From the NCBI GenBank assembly GCA_964554805.1, contig CAZKPX010000001.1:124818-188817 (forward strand): a stretch of DNA of 64,000 bases, read 5' to 3'. This stretch comes from an uncultured Candidatus Saccharibacteria bacterium (lineage in GTDB: Bacteria > Patescibacteriota > CAZHWT01). This document shows, piece after piece, positions 1 through 10,116 of the stretch; the first letter of the stretch is position 1; each line of letters starts with the position of its first letter. Made by a program: the position numbers and the translations under genes. Under the pieces are notes generated by a model. It did no database searches, was not told the origin of the DNA, and was given only the letters and a program-made list of their open reading frames with translations.

Positions 1-719
1 CCGGCTACTTTTGAGGCATACTGGACTGGAATCGGTCGCTGACCTTCAGTAATATAGACGATTCCGGCAATTACTGCTACGGCAATAATGGCTATGATGA
101 AGAAGGCGCCATAGCCTCCGGTGGCTGCGGCAACAGCATTGCCAATCGTGACCGGGAAGCCTGCCAAGATGCCAGCGAAGATGAGAATAGAGATACCGTT
201 ACCGATACCTCTTTCGGTGATTAATTCACCTAGCCAGACAACTAGCATGGTGCCGGCTGTTAAGGTGATCAGAAGAAGGATAGTATGGGTCAGATCCATG
301 GCATTGACTACGCCGTAATTGCGCAGCAAGGCGAAGATGCTAATACCTTGGAGGATGGCTAGCGGAACCGTTAAGTAGCGGGTGTAGCGGTTGATTTTGT
401 TCTGACCACTCTCCCCTTCTTTGCTCAATTCTTCGAGCTTGGGGATGGCCATGGTCAATAACTGGATAACGATGGAGGCGGTGATAAATGGACCAAGTCC
501 GAGGGCGGCAATAGAAAAGTTGACCAATCCTCCGCCGGAGAATAAGTTCAGCATTCCCAGCAGTGCGTCACCGTTCATAGCTGACTGCAATTGAGCCACA
601 TTGGCTCCAGGCATAGGAACATGAGCCAAGACTCGATATAGCACAACAATGCCGATAGTAAAGAGAAGCTTGGACCGGAGATCCGGGGTACTCCAGACAT
701 TACGCAAGAATTTAATCAT
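1..719 (-). CDS. secY: Preprotein translocase SecY, N-terminal part (gene continues beyond window start)
   Basis: Reverse-complement translation from the ATG at 717-719 gives MIKFLRNVWSTPDLRSKLLFTIGIVVLYRVLAHVPMPG..., a SecY-like N-terminus with TM segments. It sits directly downstream of rplO, as in the spc operon. Confidence 0.85.
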   Translation of the reverse strand, partial: MIKFLRNVWSTPDLRSKLLFTIGIVVLYRVLAHVPMPGANVAQLQSAMNGDALLGMLNLFSGGGLVNFSIAALGLGPFITASIVIQLLTMAIPKLEELSKEGESGQNKINRYTRYLTVPLAILQGISIFALLRNYGVVNAMDLTHTILLLITLTAGTMLVVWLGELITERGIGNGISILIFAGILAGFPVTIGNAVAAATGGYGAFFIIAIIAVAVIAGIVYITEGQRPIPVQYASKVA

Positions 720-771
720 ATGTTCGTTGACCCCTATTAGCAGCTAGCGCTTTGCGTAACTGAAACGTGTC

Positions 772-1188
772 TTATTGCTTAGAGTTTAACTTATCTTGAG
801 CAGCTTTGGTCAGAACTACACCTTCGAACTTGTAGTTCTCTTGGCCGGTAAGGCCAATAATCTTGATTGGACCACGGTATGAAGCTTCGACTAATCCGCG
901 CTGAACAAGAACTTCAGGTGAAATAGTACTACCATCCGGGAAGGCAGTCAATCGAGCAGCATTGATGGCTACTTTTTTGGTGCTGAGAACGGTGTTGCCG
1001 AAACCACGCTTGAATGGAAGTCGCTTGATTAAAGGTAGCTGACCACCTTCAAACCCTGGACGAGTTTTGCCGCGAGCCTTTTGCCCTTTGGTGCCACGAC
1101 CACTGGTCTTAGCTTTGCCGCTTCCGTAACCGCGACCAAGACGCTTCTTTTGCTTTTCGGTTATAGAGGTTAAATTTGTTAAATCCAT
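772..1188 (-). CDS. rplO: 50S ribosomal protein L15
   Basis: ORF translation has a GRGxGSGxGKT-type Gly/Arg-rich N-terminus and the spc-operon position. Confidence 0.9.
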   Translation of the reverse strand: MDLTNLTSITEKQKKRLGRGYGSGKAKTSGRGTKGQKARGKTRPGFEGGQLPLIKRLPFKRGFGNTVLSTKKVAINAARLTAFPDGSTISPEVLVQRGLVEASYRGPIKIIGLTGQENYKFEGVVLTKAAQDKLNSKQ

Positions 1189-1230
1189 AGTAATTCCTTC
1201 GGAATTGGCGGCTAGAACTAGTGACTAGAA

Positions 1231-1767
1231 CTAGCTAGCAGCCTCAACTTCCTTTGCTTTCTTGGCAGGATCAGCCTTCTTGTCAGTGCGTTCAGGGCGA
1301 GCCTTTAGCTGGCGAAGTGCTTCCATAGTAGCATAGACATTGCTGGCTTTGTTGTTGGTACCGAGTACTTTTGATAATACGTCGCGAATACCGGCGGCTT
1401 CTACAACTGCACGAACCGCACCACCGGCAATAACACCGCTACCTTCTGGAGCTGGCTTTAGCATAATACGAGCTGCGCCTAACTTGACTTCAATTTGATG
1501 AGGGATAGTAGCATGAAATAGCGGCACAGTAATCATACTCTTTTTGGCTTTGGAAGATCCTTTACGAATAGCGTCAGCTACTTCTGGAGCCTTGCCCAAA
1601 CCAACGCCAACGCGACCTTTTTTATCACCAACAACCACAACGGCGCTGAATGACATGGTGTTACCACCTTTGGTCTTTTTGGAAGTGCGATTGACTTGAA
1701 CTACAGCTTCGGCGAATTCGCTCTTTGTTTCTTCATTTGTTCTTGATTGACGTGGTTGAAATGCCAT
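1231..1767 (-). CDS. rpsE: 30S ribosomal protein S5
   Basis: S5 core motifs (VVVGDxxGRVGxGxGKA). It abuts rplO directly with no L30 gene between them. Confidence 0.9.
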   Translation of the reverse strand: MAFQPRQSRTNEETKSEFAEAVVQVNRTSKKTKGGNTMSFSAVVVVGDKKGRVGVGLGKAPEVADAIRKGSSKAKKSMITVPLFHATIPHQIEVKLGAARIMLKPAPEGSGVIAGGAVRAVVEAAGIRDVLSKVLGTNNKASNVYATMEALRQLKARPERTDKKADPAKKAKEVEAAS

Positions 1768-1769
1768 AG

Positions 1770-2120
1770 TTAGAATATCAATCCTTTCTGTCGCAGCTCT
1801 TCTGCAACAGCCTTAATACGACCGTGATATTTGTATCCGCCTCGATCAAAGACGATATGGGTAATCTTCTTTTGCTGAGCTTTGTCAGCCAATAGATCAG
1901 CTACCATGATGGCCTTTTCGGTCTTGGTGCCTTTTTTGTCTTTTGGTAAATCTAGGCCAGAGGCTGCTACTAAGGTGTGACCAGCTTTGTCATCTATAAG
2001 CTGACAAACAACATGCCGGTTAGAGCGGAACATGGACAAGCGGGGCTTGGTGGCTGTTCCACTGACAGTTGATCGAATTTTGGCGTGACGACGAGCGCGT
2101 CCTGTTTTGGTTTGCAACAT
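1770..2120 (-). CDS. rplR: 50S ribosomal protein L18
   Basis: L18-like sequence (ARRHxKIR ... FDRGGYKYHGRIKA). Confidence 0.9.
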   Translation of the reverse strand: MLQTKTGRARRHAKIRSTVSGTATKPRLSMFRSNRHVVCQLIDDKAGHTLVAASGLDLPKDKKGTKTEKAIMVADLLADKAQQKKITHIVFDRGGYKYHGRIKAVAEELRQKGLIF

Positions 2121-2132
2121 AATAATTACCTC

Positions 2133-2687
2133 TTACTTTCCGACTGCCTTGGCTGCTTTACCTGCTTTGCGGCGGATAACTTCACCAGCATAGCGGATAC
2201 CCTTGCCCTTATATGGTTCTGGTGGCTTAACGGCGCGGATCTTGGCGGCTGATTCGCCGACTAATTGCTTGTCGATACCAGAAATACTGATCTTGGTGTT
2301 TTCGGCTACAGCGTAGGTGATTCCTTGTGGAGGAGTCATAAGAACTGGGTGAGAAAAACCAACCGATAATTGGAGCTTTGACCCCTGCATCGAAGCTCGG
2401 TGACCAACACCGGCCATTTCCAGATTCTTGGTGAAGCCTTCTGATACTCCGGCAATCATATTTGCAACAAGAGTTCGTGATAGACCCCACAGAGCTGCGG
2501 TCTGCTTGGTTGGACGTGCGATGGCAACTACAACTTGATTATCTTCAAGTTTAACTGAGATTTCAGGCAGAATCTCTTGAGACAGCTGACCTTTTGGTCC
2601 AGACACCTTAACCAATGTACCTTCGATTTCGACTGATACACCATTAGGTATAGATATAGGCATTTTTCCGATACGTGACATTACCAA
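2133..2687 (-). CDS. rplF: 50S ribosomal protein L6
   Basis: MSRIGKMPISIPNGV... L6 N-terminus with two repeated domains. Confidence 0.9.
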   Translation of the reverse strand: MVMSRIGKMPISIPNGVSVEIEGTLVKVSGPKGQLSQEILPEISVKLEDNQVVVAIARPTKQTAALWGLSRTLVANMIAGVSEGFTKNLEMAGVGHRASMQGSKLQLSVGFSHPVLMTPPQGITYAVAENTKISISGIDKQLVGESAAKIRAVKPPEPYKGKGIRYAGEVIRRKAGKAAKAVGK

Positions 2688-3076
2688 ACCCTCCCTAGGA
2701 ACTCGCCACCGACACCCTTTTGCTTGGCTTCTTTGCCAGTCATGATACCGGATGGAGTGGAGAGGATAGCGATACCCATACCGCCTAAGACGTTTGGAAT
2801 ATCTTTGGCACCGATATACTGGCGACGACCTGGAGTGGAAGCGCGTTCAATGCGAGTGACTGCGGGACGACGACCATCATAGCGCAAGGTAATAACAAAC
2901 ATCTTGCGACCTTTACGGTCTTCGATCTTGGAGTCCTGAATAAAATTGGCTTGCAATAGAACCGCCAGAACAGACTCCTTCATCTTGGAATAAGGAGCTT
3001 CAACCTGTTCGAGGTGGGCCATGTAGCCATTTCGAATTCTTGTAAATAAATCAGCAATTGGATCAAGTGTCATCAT
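2681..3076 (-). CDS. rpsH: 30S ribosomal protein S8
   Basis: DPIADLFTRIRNG motif typical of S8. Confidence 0.9.
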   Translation of the reverse strand: MMTLDPIADLFTRIRNGYMAHLEQVEAPYSKMKESVLAVLLQANFIQDSKIEDRKGRKMFVITLRYDGRRPAVTRIERASTPGRRQYIGAKDIPNVLGGMGIAILSTPSGIMTGKEAKQKGVGGEFLGRVW

Positions 3077-3082
3077 AATAGT

Positions 3083-3268
3083 TTACCAGCTAGATTTTGT
3101 AATACCTGGGATCTGTTCCTTTAGAGCTAGCTCTCTAAAGCAGATACGGCAAATGCCGAAATCGCGCATATAACCACGAGGTCGACCGCAGCGTCGGCAG
3201 CGATTGTGAACTCGAGTGGTGTATTTAGGAGCTTTGAGGCTTTTTTCAATAAGTGCTTTTTTGGCCAT
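3083..3268 (-). CDS. rpsZ: 30S ribosomal protein S14, type Z (zinc-binding, 61 aa)
   Basis: 61-aa protein with CRRCGRPRG...CRICFRE, the CxxC...CxxC zinc form of S14. Confidence 0.9.
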   Translation of the reverse strand: MAKKALIEKSLKAPKYTTRVHNRCRRCGRPRGYMRDFGICRICFRELALKEQIPGITKSSW

Positions 3269-3281
3269 ATAGGTAATTCCT

Positions 3282-3845
3282 TTAAGCGGTCTTCTCCAGC
3301 GGTAATCCCAGCTTGGTTAGGAGAGCTTGAGCATGCTGAGGGTCTTGTGACTTAGTAACAAGCGTGATTTGTAAGCTACGAGTCTTGTCGATACGATTAG
3401 GATCAATTTCCAAGAATACGCCCTGCTCGGTAACACCGAAGGTATAGTTACCGCTTCGATCAAAGCCATTTTTGGATAAACCTTGGAAGTCGCGAGTACG
3501 AGGCAAAACAATGCTGAACAGCTTGTCGGTAAAGTCCCACATACGGGCACCGCGAATGGTTACCTTGGCGCCGATCTTGTCGCCCTTGCGGAGCTTGAAG
3601 CCGGCGATAGCCTTTTTGGCTTCGGTAACAATTGGCTTCTGACCAGTAATGATGGTCAAATCTTGAACCGAGCGCTCAATTTCATCCTTATTACCTTGAG
3701 CACGACCGAGGCTCATGTGAACCATGACTTTCTCAAGTCTTGGTGCGGCCATAGGATTGGTAAGCTTGAATTCCTCGATGATGGCAGGAGCTATTTCGTT
3801 GTTATATTTGTCTTGTAATCGTGACATATTGTTTACCTTTTGCAA
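3282..3845 (-). CDS. rplE: 50S ribosomal protein L5 (true start probably the internal MSRLQDKYN near 3827)
   Basis: L5-like sequence and spc-operon order. Confidence 0.9.
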   Translation of the reverse strand: MQKVNNMSRLQDKYNNEIAPAIIEEFKLTNPMAAPRLEKVMVHMSLGRAQGNKDEIERSVQDLTIITGQKPIVTEAKKAIAGFKLRKGDKIGAKVTIRGARMWDFTDKLFSIVLPRTRDFQGLSKNGFDRSGNYTFGVTEQGVFLEIDPNRIDKTRSLQITLVTKSQDPQHAQALLTKLGLPLEKTA

Positions 3846-3856
3846 TGGTATACCCT

Positions 3857-4180
3857 TTAAAGTGTAGCTCCGCTGGCTTTGCTCTTGCGGACTTTTTTGC
3901 CGTCAATGATGGCGAATGAGACCTTGGTTGGCTTGCCAGTTGATGGATCAACTAGAGCCACGTTGGAGATGGCAATTGGCATGGTCTTGTCGACAATACC
4001 GCCCGGATCGCGCTGATTAACTGGCTTGCGGTGACGCTTGACCATGTTAATACCTTCAACCAGAACTTTGCTATCTGCAGGCATGACTCGGAGAACCTTG
4101 CCTTGCTTGCCTCGGAATTTGCCTGAGGTTACTATGACTGTGTCGTCTTTTTTAATACGTAGAGCTGACATGTTATACAA
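3857..4180 (-). CDS. rplX: 50S ribosomal protein L24
   Basis: KOW-type motif [21 protein letters not shown]. Confidence 0.9.
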   Translation of the reverse strand: MYNMSALRIKKDDTVIVTSGKFRGKQGKVLRVMPADSKVLVEGINMVKRHRKPVNQRDPGGIVDKTMPIAISNVALVDPSTGKPTKVSFAIIDGKKVRKSKASGATL

Positions 4181-4541
4181 CCTCCGGAGCGAGAGAAATA
4201 ATTTTCATATAGCCGCCGTCTCGAATTTCACGAGCGATAGGACCGAAGATACGAGTTCCGCGTGGGTTTTTGTCCTTGTCGACAATAACGGCTGCATTTT
4301 CGCTGAAACGAACATAAGAGCCATCATCGCGACGAACTTCTTTACGAGTTCGAACAATCACGGCCTTAACGATTTCGCCATCTTTGACGCTACCGTTTGG
4401 ATTGGCACCTTTAACAACGCCAACGAACTGCTCGCCAAGACGGGCTTTCTTTTTACCGGTTCCGCCCGGGACGTTAATGCACATTAAACGCTTGGCGCCG
4501 GTGTTGTCTGCAACATTTAAGTAAGATCTGTTCTGAATCAT
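4173..4541 (-). CDS. rplN: 50S ribosomal protein L14
   Basis: [17 protein letters not shown]..., an L14 signature N-terminus. Confidence 0.9.
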   Translation of the reverse strand: MIQNRSYLNVADNTGAKRLMCINVPGGTGKKKARLGEQFVGVVKGANPNGSVKDGEIVKAVIVRTRKEVRRDDGSYVRFSENAAVIVDKDKNPRGTRIFGPIAREIRDGGYMKIISLAPEVV

Positions 4542-4571
4542 GGCGATTACCTATCTTTGACTTTGCGGTCC

Positions 4572-4916
4572 TTACTTGGCCTTTTTCTTGGCAGCTGCTT
4601 TGGGCTTGGCAGCGCTGGCGGATTTTGCTTTAGTAGCTACTTTGACCTTAGTAGCAGAAGCTTCGCGGATAATTTCGGTAACTACCCAGCGCTTTAGCTT
4701 AGACAAGGGGCGGCTTGATCGAATACGAACAGTGTCGCCAATCTTTGGCTGAACTTCGGCTGAATCGGATAAATACTTGGTGGTCCAGCGGAAGCGCTTG
4801 TGGTAGAGAGGATGTACCTTGAAGGTTGTAACTTCAACGGTAACTGTTTGTTGCATCTTGTCGGATGTAACAATTCCTACCATGGTTTTTTGGGTGGCTG
4901 GTTGCTGTTGGTTCAT
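4572..4916 (-). CDS. rpsQ: 30S ribosomal protein S17 with Lys/Ala-rich C-terminal tail
   Basis: S17 OB-fold core (VGIVTSDKMQQTVTV...HPLYHKR), followed by a KAKSASAAKPKAAAKKKAK tail. Confidence 0.85.
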   Translation of the reverse strand: MNQQQPATQKTMVGIVTSDKMQQTVTVEVTTFKVHPLYHKRFRWTTKYLSDSAEVQPKIGDTVRIRSSRPLSKLKRWVVTEIIREASATKVKVATKAKSASAAKPKAAAKKKAK

Positions 4917-5116
4917 GCTAATTCCTTTACCTGTATCAAAGACTTGAGTTGGGCAATTTGACGACGAAGAAGACCGTGGCTGCGGACATTGTTAATAGTG
5001 CCCTGAGCGCCCTTCATTCGGTTGTCGATCAGCTCATGCTCCAGCTTAGCTACGTCTTGACGTAGTTCAGCAGCAGTTTTTTGTCGAGCTTGATCTAGTT
5101 GTTGTCGCTTCATCAT
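4913..5116 (-). CDS. rpmC: 50S ribosomal protein L29
   Basis: 67-aa helical protein in the conserved position between rplP and rpsQ. Confidence 0.8.
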   Translation of the reverse strand: MMKRQQLDQARQKTAAELRQDVAKLEHELIDNRMKGAQGTINNVRSHGLLRRQIAQLKSLIQVKELA

Positions 5117-5120
5117 ATAA

Positions 5121-5555
5121 TTAATCCTCTTCAGCCTTTACTGGTTCGCTGTCACGAGCGACGATGAGTGTGCCCACAGAAAGTTTGTGAGAAGCGCGTC
5201 GCATGGCTTCGCGAGCCAATTCTGGAGATACTCCAGACATTTCAAATAACATAGTTCCAGGACGGACAACGGCGACGAAGTGATCAACTGATCCCTTACC
5301 GCTACCCATTCGGACTTCGGCTGGTTTTTTGGTGACTGGCTTGTCAGGGAAGACTCGAATCCAAATCTTACCACCACGCTTGGTGTGGTGAGTCATGGCG
5401 CGACGAGCAGCTTCGATCTGACGAGCAGAAATCCAACCGCATTCAGTGGACTTGAGTCCAAATTCACCGAAGTTTAAAGTTGATCCTCGCCAAGCCATGC
5501 CTTTCATACGGCCACGGAAGGTTCGTCGATACTTTTGCTTAGATGGTTCAAGCAT
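5121..5555 (-). CDS. rplP: 50S ribosomal protein L16
   Basis: L16 sequence ([19 protein letters not shown]...). Confidence 0.9.
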   Translation of the reverse strand: MLEPSKQKYRRTFRGRMKGMAWRGSTLNFGEFGLKSTECGWISARQIEAARRAMTHHTKRGGKIWIRVFPDKPVTKKPAEVRMGSGKGSVDHFVAVVRPGTMLFEMSGVSPELAREAMRRASHKLSVGTLIVARDSEPVKAEED

Positions 5556-6237
5556 GGCGAGGTCCTCCTTGTCGACGAGCTGGTTGTGGAGCAGATGAGT
5601 CTACATTCTGAGCCTGATCCTTATCGCGATGGATCCAAACCTTAACACCGATGGTGCCATAGGAGGTCATAGCTGTGTCGGAAGCGAAGTCGATATTGGC
5701 ACGAAGGGTGTGGAGTGGGATAGTGCCGATACTCTTTTTCTCACTTCGAGCAATATCAGCGCCATTGAGACGACCGCTGATCATAATCTTGACTCCCTTG
5801 GCGCCTGCTGACATGGTGCGCTCGGCAGTCATGTTAATAGCACGACGAGGGGACATACGACGCTCAATCATCTCAGCAACATTGCGGGCTACCAACGTAG
5901 CGTACAAATCAGGGCGACGGACTTCAATGATGTTGAGCTTGAGCTTTTCACCATTTAGGCGAGACTGCAATTCAGCCTTAAGAGCTTCGGAGCTAGCACC
6001 GCCTCGACCAATAACCATACCTGGCTTGGCGACGTGGACATTGATAGTAATTTCGTTCACAGAACGCTCGATCTCAACACGCTGACAACCAGCATTCTTG
6101 AGCTTTTTGGTGATGTAATCACGCAATTCCAAATCCTTGTGCAACAACTCAACAAATCGCTTGCTGTCGAACCAGGTTGAACTCCAGTTTTTGGTTAAAG
6201 CTAAGCGAAGGCCTAGCGGGTGTGTTTTATGACCCAT
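5548..6237 (-). CDS. rpsC: 30S ribosomal protein S3
   Basis: [12 protein letters not shown]... KH domain followed by the S3 C-terminal domain. Confidence 0.9.
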   Translation of the reverse strand: MGHKTHPLGLRLALTKNWSSTWFDSKRFVELLHKDLELRDYITKKLKNAGCQRVEIERSVNEITINVHVAKPGMVIGRGGASSEALKAELQSRLNGEKLKLNIIEVRRPDLYATLVARNVAEMIERRMSPRRAINMTAERTMSAGAKGVKIMISGRLNGADIARSEKKSIGTIPLHTLRANIDFASDTAMTSYGTIGVKVWIHRDKDQAQNVDSSAPQPARRQGGPRHA

Positions 6238-6719
6238 TATTCTGTACCTTTTTCTGTGCTGCTTTTAGCAGCGGTGACGCGCGACGAGCGACGAGCGACG
6301 GGTTTGGTTTTCTTGTCGCTTGTTGCTTGTTGCTTGTTGCTTGCTTTTGCTTCGGCTAAGGCGGCGCGGCGCTTGCCGAGAATCAGTGGCTCATCTGTCA
6401 ATATGACGCGGACATGAGATGTGCGCTTCATTATAGACATGCCACGACCGCGAGAAGCTGCGCGCATTCTCTTGAGTGTTGGCCCTTCGCCAATTTCAAG
6501 AGTACGGATCCGCAGATTGCTCACAGGTAACTGATGATTGTTAGTAGCGTTTGCAATTGCAGATTGTATCACATCTTGGACAGTTTTGGCAGCCCTCAAA
6601 TTCATGAGGCTCAAAGCGTTGACGGCTTCGGTTGGTGAAAGGTCACGAACTGCAGTGGCTACAAGGCGAACCTTGCGTGGCGACTGACGGACGTACCGAG
6701 CGGAGGCAACAACGTTCAT
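6237..6719 (-). CDS. rplV: 50S ribosomal protein L22 with basic C-terminal extension
   Basis: L22 core. The C-terminal tail is encoded by the GCGACGAG repeat region at 6271-6345. Confidence 0.85.
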   Translation of the reverse strand: MNVVASARYVRQSPRKVRLVATAVRDLSPTEAVNALSLMNLRAAKTVQDVIQSAIANATNNHQLPVSNLRIRTLEIGEGPTLKRMRAASRGRGMSIMKRTSHVRVILTDEPLILGKRRAALAEAKASNKQQATSDKKTKPVARRSSRVTAAKSSTEKGTE

Positions 6720-6721
6720 GG

Positions 6722-7003
6722 TTATCTACCTGCCTTTCCGGCCTGCTTCTTGGCGTGAGTACGGAAGGTGCGAGTTAGGGAGAATTCGCCTAGCTTGTGG
6801 CCGACCATTGACTCCGTGACGAAGACTGGGACATGAATACGGCCATTGTGGACGCCGAAGGTATGTCCGACCATGTCAGGGCTGATAGATGAAGAGCGAG
6901 CCCAAGTCTTGATGACTTCTTTGGTGCCAGCTTGATTCATTTTCTGAACCTTGATTATTAATTTTTCGTCCAAATATGGACCTTTTTTGCTAGATCGAGA
7001 CAT
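6722..7003 (-). CDS. rpsS: 30S ribosomal protein S19
   Basis: [15 protein letters not shown]... S19. Confidence 0.9.
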   Translation of the reverse strand: MSRSSKKGPYLDEKLIIKVQKMNQAGTKEVIKTWARSSSISPDMVGHTFGVHNGRIHVPVFVTESMVGHKLGEFSLTRTFRTHAKKQAGKAGR

Positions 7004-7005
7004 AA

Positions 7006-7833
7006 TTATTTCCTACGACGAATAATAAGTTTATTTGAAGCCTTATTCTTCTTGCGAGTGCGGAGACCCATGGCTTTCTTACCCCAAGGTGTCTTAGGTG
7101 CCATACCGATACCGGACTTACCTTCACCACCACCATGAGGGTGAGCATTGGGGGCCATAGCCACACCGCGAACAGCTGGGCGAATACCTTTGTGGCGATT
7201 GCGACCGGCTTTGCCGATTTTGATCGTACCGTGCTGAGTATTGCTGACGACACCAATTGTAGCACGGCAAGACAAGTTAACCTGACGAACCTCGCCACTT
7301 GGCAATCGAAGCTGAGCTTTGCCGTTGTCTTTTGACATCAATTGGACAGAAGCTCCGGCTGAACGAGCCAGCTGGGCACCCTTGCCTGGAATAAGTTCAA
7401 TGTTGTGAACCACAGTACCGAGTGGAATCTGCTCTAGAGGCAGTGAGTTGCCGTTGGCGATTTCAGACTCTGGACCAGAACTGATTGGTTGACCAACTAC
7501 CATTTTGTCGGTAGCGATGATGTATCGCTTGTCGCCATCAGCATAGGCGACCATGGCGATATGAGCCGATCGGTTTGGATCGTACTCAATAGTCTTGACG
7601 ACGCCTGGCACACCAGTCTTGCGACGAGCGAAGTCAATTTCGCGATAGAGACGCTTGTGACCGCCGCCTTGGTGACGAACAGTGATGCGACCTTGGTTGT
7701 TACGGCCGGCCCGTTCTGACTTACCTTTGGTCTTGCTCTTGAGAGGTTTGACGTTCTTGGTTAGTTCGGGGTGTGTTAGTCCAGTGCGGTGGCGCTGACC
7801 TGGAGTAAGTGGTCGATAAATCTTGATAGCCAT
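7006..7833 (-). CDS. rplB: 50S ribosomal protein L2
   Basis: 275 aa with L2 motifs (GGGHKRLYR..., [10 protein letters not shown]). Confidence 0.9.
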   Translation of the reverse strand: MAIKIYRPLTPGQRHRTGLTHPELTKNVKPLKSKTKGKSERAGRNNQGRITVRHQGGGHKRLYREIDFARRKTGVPGVVKTIEYDPNRSAHIAMVAYADGDKRYIIATDKMVVGQPISSGPESEIANGNSLPLEQIPLGTVVHNIELIPGKGAQLARSAGASVQLMSKDNGKAQLRLPSGEVRQVNLSCRATIGVVSNTQHGTIKIGKAGRNRHKGIRPAVRGVAMAPNAHPHGGGEGKSGIGMAPKTPWGKKAMGLRTRKKNKASNKLIIRRRK

Positions 7834-7834
7834 A

Positions 7835-8128
7835 TTATTCTTCTACCTCCAATAGGTTAAGACTTTGGCCAGCTTTCAAAGTGACGTAGGCCTTCTTGTG
7901 CAAAACACCTGCATTCTCAACGCGGCGCTTAGTCTGACGACGTGGGCTAGCTGGGAATTGGACGGTTTTGACAGTGACAACGGAAACGTCGTAGAAGCGC
8001 TCTACAGCTTTTTTAATGTCTTCTTTGGAAGCTGCGATATTAACTATAAAAGCATACTTGCTTTGACTAGCTAACTGGACGGCTTTCTCAGAGATGACTG
8101 GTTTTACTAATACATCAATGACTTGCAT
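7835..8128 (-). CDS. rplW: 50S ribosomal protein L23
   Basis: L23-like sequence in its S10-operon position. Confidence 0.85.
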   Translation of the reverse strand: MQVIDVLVKPVISEKAVQLASQSKYAFIVNIAASKEDIKKAVERFYDVSVVTVKTVQFPASPRRQTKRRVENAGVLHKKAYVTLKAGQSLNLLEVEE

Positions 8129-8130
8129 AA

Positions 8131-8865
8131 TTACTCCGACTTAGCCTTAGTGGCTGTGGCTGACTTTTTAGTCGCAACAGGTTTTTTTGTCGTCTTTGCA
8201 GCTGGCTTGGCTTGTGGCTCAGCTTTACTTGACTCTGTCTTAGTAACGAATGTGTCTTCAAGAACTGACAGACTGTCCTTGAGGATAATAACGGTTTGAT
8301 AGTGCAAAACCTCGTATGGGTGGAGCACTGGAGCAACCATGACTTTGACATTATCGAGGTTGCGAGCAGCCTTGATTAGTTGCTCATTTTTTGTTGGGGC
8401 GACAATCAAAGCTGAGCGACCGATGGTCAACTTGGCGAGAATGTCTGAAATTAGCTTAGTTTTGGATTGCTTAAGATCGAGGTTGTCTAGGACAATAATC
8501 TTTTCCTGTTGAAGCTTGTCGCTCAGAGAGGAGAACAAGGCAGCGCGACGCATACTGGTAGGCATGGTAGCGTGCGGCTTGTGGAAACGAGGACCAAAGG
8601 TTATACCACCACCGGTCCAAATTGGAGAACGAGTGGAACCGTGACGAGCACGTCCTGTACCCTTTTGACGCCATGGCTTGCGGCCACCACCGGATACTTC
8701 GGCTCGAGTCTTGGTATGAGCAGTACCGGTGCGAGCGTTGATTAAACGAACTCGGATAGCCTGGGCAACTAAGCTTGGATTGATTGGGGCATCAAAGATA
8801 GCAGCATTTAGCTCTACCTGTTCAACTGATTTACCTGTTTGGTCTAGTACGTCGATCTTTTTCAT
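8131..8865 (-). CDS. rplD: 50S ribosomal protein L4 with Lys/Ala/Thr-rich C-terminal tail
   Basis: L4 core plus a low-complexity tail. Confidence 0.85.
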   Translation of the reverse strand: MKKIDVLDQTGKSVEQVELNAAIFDAPINPSLVAQAIRVRLINARTGTAHTKTRAEVSGGGRKPWRQKGTGRARHGSTRSPIWTGGGITFGPRFHKPHATMPTSMRRAALFSSLSDKLQQEKIIVLDNLDLKQSKTKLISDILAKLTIGRSALIVAPTKNEQLIKAARNLDNVKVMVAPVLHPYEVLHYQTVIILKDSLSVLEDTFVTKTESSKAEPQAKPAAKTTKKPVATKKSATATKAKSE

Positions 8866-8869
8866 ACAA

Positions 8870-9526
8870 TTATCCTTGCTTAGACTGCTCTTGCTTCTTA
8901 ATAACTACCCAAGTTGAGCGAGCTCCTGGAACTGCACCTTTGACTGAAATCTTGTTGCCGTCGATAGCGATGACCGTTAGGCCACGAGTGGTGATTTGCT
9001 TATGTCCCATATGACCAGCCATACGAGTACCTTTCCAAACTTTTCCTGGTGAACTACCAGCACCGATACTTCCTGGGGCGCGGTGACGATCTGATTGACC
9101 GTGAGTCTTGGGTCCGCCGGCGAAACCATGTCGCTTAACACCACCTTGGAAGCCTTTACCCTTTGAAACGGCGGTGACTGAGATAGTGTCACCGACACTG
9201 AGGATATCGGAAATAGCAACAGCTTGGCCAACTTCTAGGCCTTCGATGGACTCTAAGCGTTCTTCTTTAAAAATACGAGGCTTGGAATCAAGCTTTTGAA
9301 CCTGACCCGCCACAGGCTTGGTCAGCTTGTTGGCACGAGCGGTGCCGTAGCCTACTTGAACTGCAGAGTAGCCGTCTTTGTCGTTAGTTTTGAGACGAAC
9401 GATAGTGGCAGGTTGGACTTCGACAATGGTAATTGGCAATTGCTTGCCTTCATCGTTGAAGACCTGGGTCATTTCGAGTTTTCGGGCCATGAGTTGCTGC
9501 ATAATGTTATTTCCTAAATTGGGCAA
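8870..9526 (-). CDS. rplC: 50S ribosomal protein L3
   Basis: L3 sequence (MQQLMARKLEMTQVF...). Confidence 0.9.
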   Translation of the reverse strand: MPNLGNNIMQQLMARKLEMTQVFNDEGKQLPITIVEVQPATIVRLKTNDKDGYSAVQVGYGTARANKLTKPVAGQVQKLDSKPRIFKEERLESIEGLEVGQAVAISDILSVGDTISVTAVSKGKGFQGGVKRHGFAGGPKTHGQSDRHRAPGSIGAGSSPGKVWKGTRMAGHMGHKQITTRGLTVIAIDGNKISVKGAVPGARSTWVVIKKQEQSKQG

Positions 9527-9659
9527 ACAAAAACCCGGGGAGTGCTTTACCTTGGTAACTGTCTCCGCCCTGTGGGCGGACTGTGCTACAAAGGCTTCCT
9601 GGTTCCGCCGGTTGGCGGAGGGATTAAAGCAAAGCCCTAAGCTTTCGCTGCTGTTACGT

Positions 9660-9968
9660 TTACATTTTTACTTCAATGTTCACACCAGCCGGAACGGTTA
9701 GGTGCATGAGCGAATCAATAGTCTTAGGAGTTGGTTCTAAAATATCGATCAGGCGCTTATGAGTGCGCATTTCAAAAGCTTCGCGCGAGTCCTTGTCAAT
9801 GTGGGGACCACGGATAACAGTAAAGCGCTGCACTTCGGTAGGAAGTGGTACTGGACCGGCGATTTTGGCGCCAGTACGCAGGGCTGTGTCCAAGATCTCT
9901 TCGGAGGTCTGGTCAAGCACTTTGCTGTCGTATGATTTTAGTCGTACTCGAATTCGTCCTTTAGCCAT
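9660..9968 (-). CDS. rpsJ: 30S ribosomal protein S10
   Basis: [14 protein letters not shown]... S10. Confidence 0.9.
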   Translation of the reverse strand: MAKGRIRVRLKSYDSKVLDQTSEEILDTALRTGAKIAGPVPLPTEVQRFTVIRGPHIDKDSREAFEMRTHKRLIDILEPTPKTIDSLMHLTVPAGVNIEVKM

Positions 9969-10026
9969 AATGTGATACCTTATACACTATTCTTGCCTGA
10001 AAGGCAAGCCTTAATCTTTGATTAAG

Positions 10027-10096
10027 GCAGAGAGAAGTGAGAAGAAAGAAGTAAAAGTTTTGGTTATATTCTACTTTTCTCTTCTCGCTTCTCTCT
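10027..10096 (-). promoter_or_regulatory. Long GA/CU-rich inverted repeat (about 25-bp arms) in the S10-operon leader, between tuf and rpsJ
   Basis: GCAGAGAGAAGTGAGAAGAAAGAAGTAAAAG ... ACTTTTCTCTTCTCGCTTCTCTCT form an extended stem-loop. It lies about 60 nt upstream of the rpsJ start. Confidence 0.5.
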
Positions 10097-10116
10097 ATTT
10101 ACTAGTCGCTGGCTCA

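Noticed and set aside
1189-1230. Looked for a short L30 (rpmD) ORF between rpsE and rplO, or overlapping them
   Set aside because: Only a 42-bp spacer is present, with no ORF. Recorded as a genuine absence rather than a missed gene.
2227-2490. Antisense and overlapping ORFs inside the ribosomal-protein, tuf, fusA, rpoB and rpoC genes (for example 2227-2490, 3317-3550, 3483-3818, 4038-4487, 5675-6085, 10577-11014, 20057-20335)
   Set aside because: They lie entirely within strongly supported housekeeping CDSs on the same or opposite strand and have no RBS or homology. These are typical spurious ORFs on the six-frame track.
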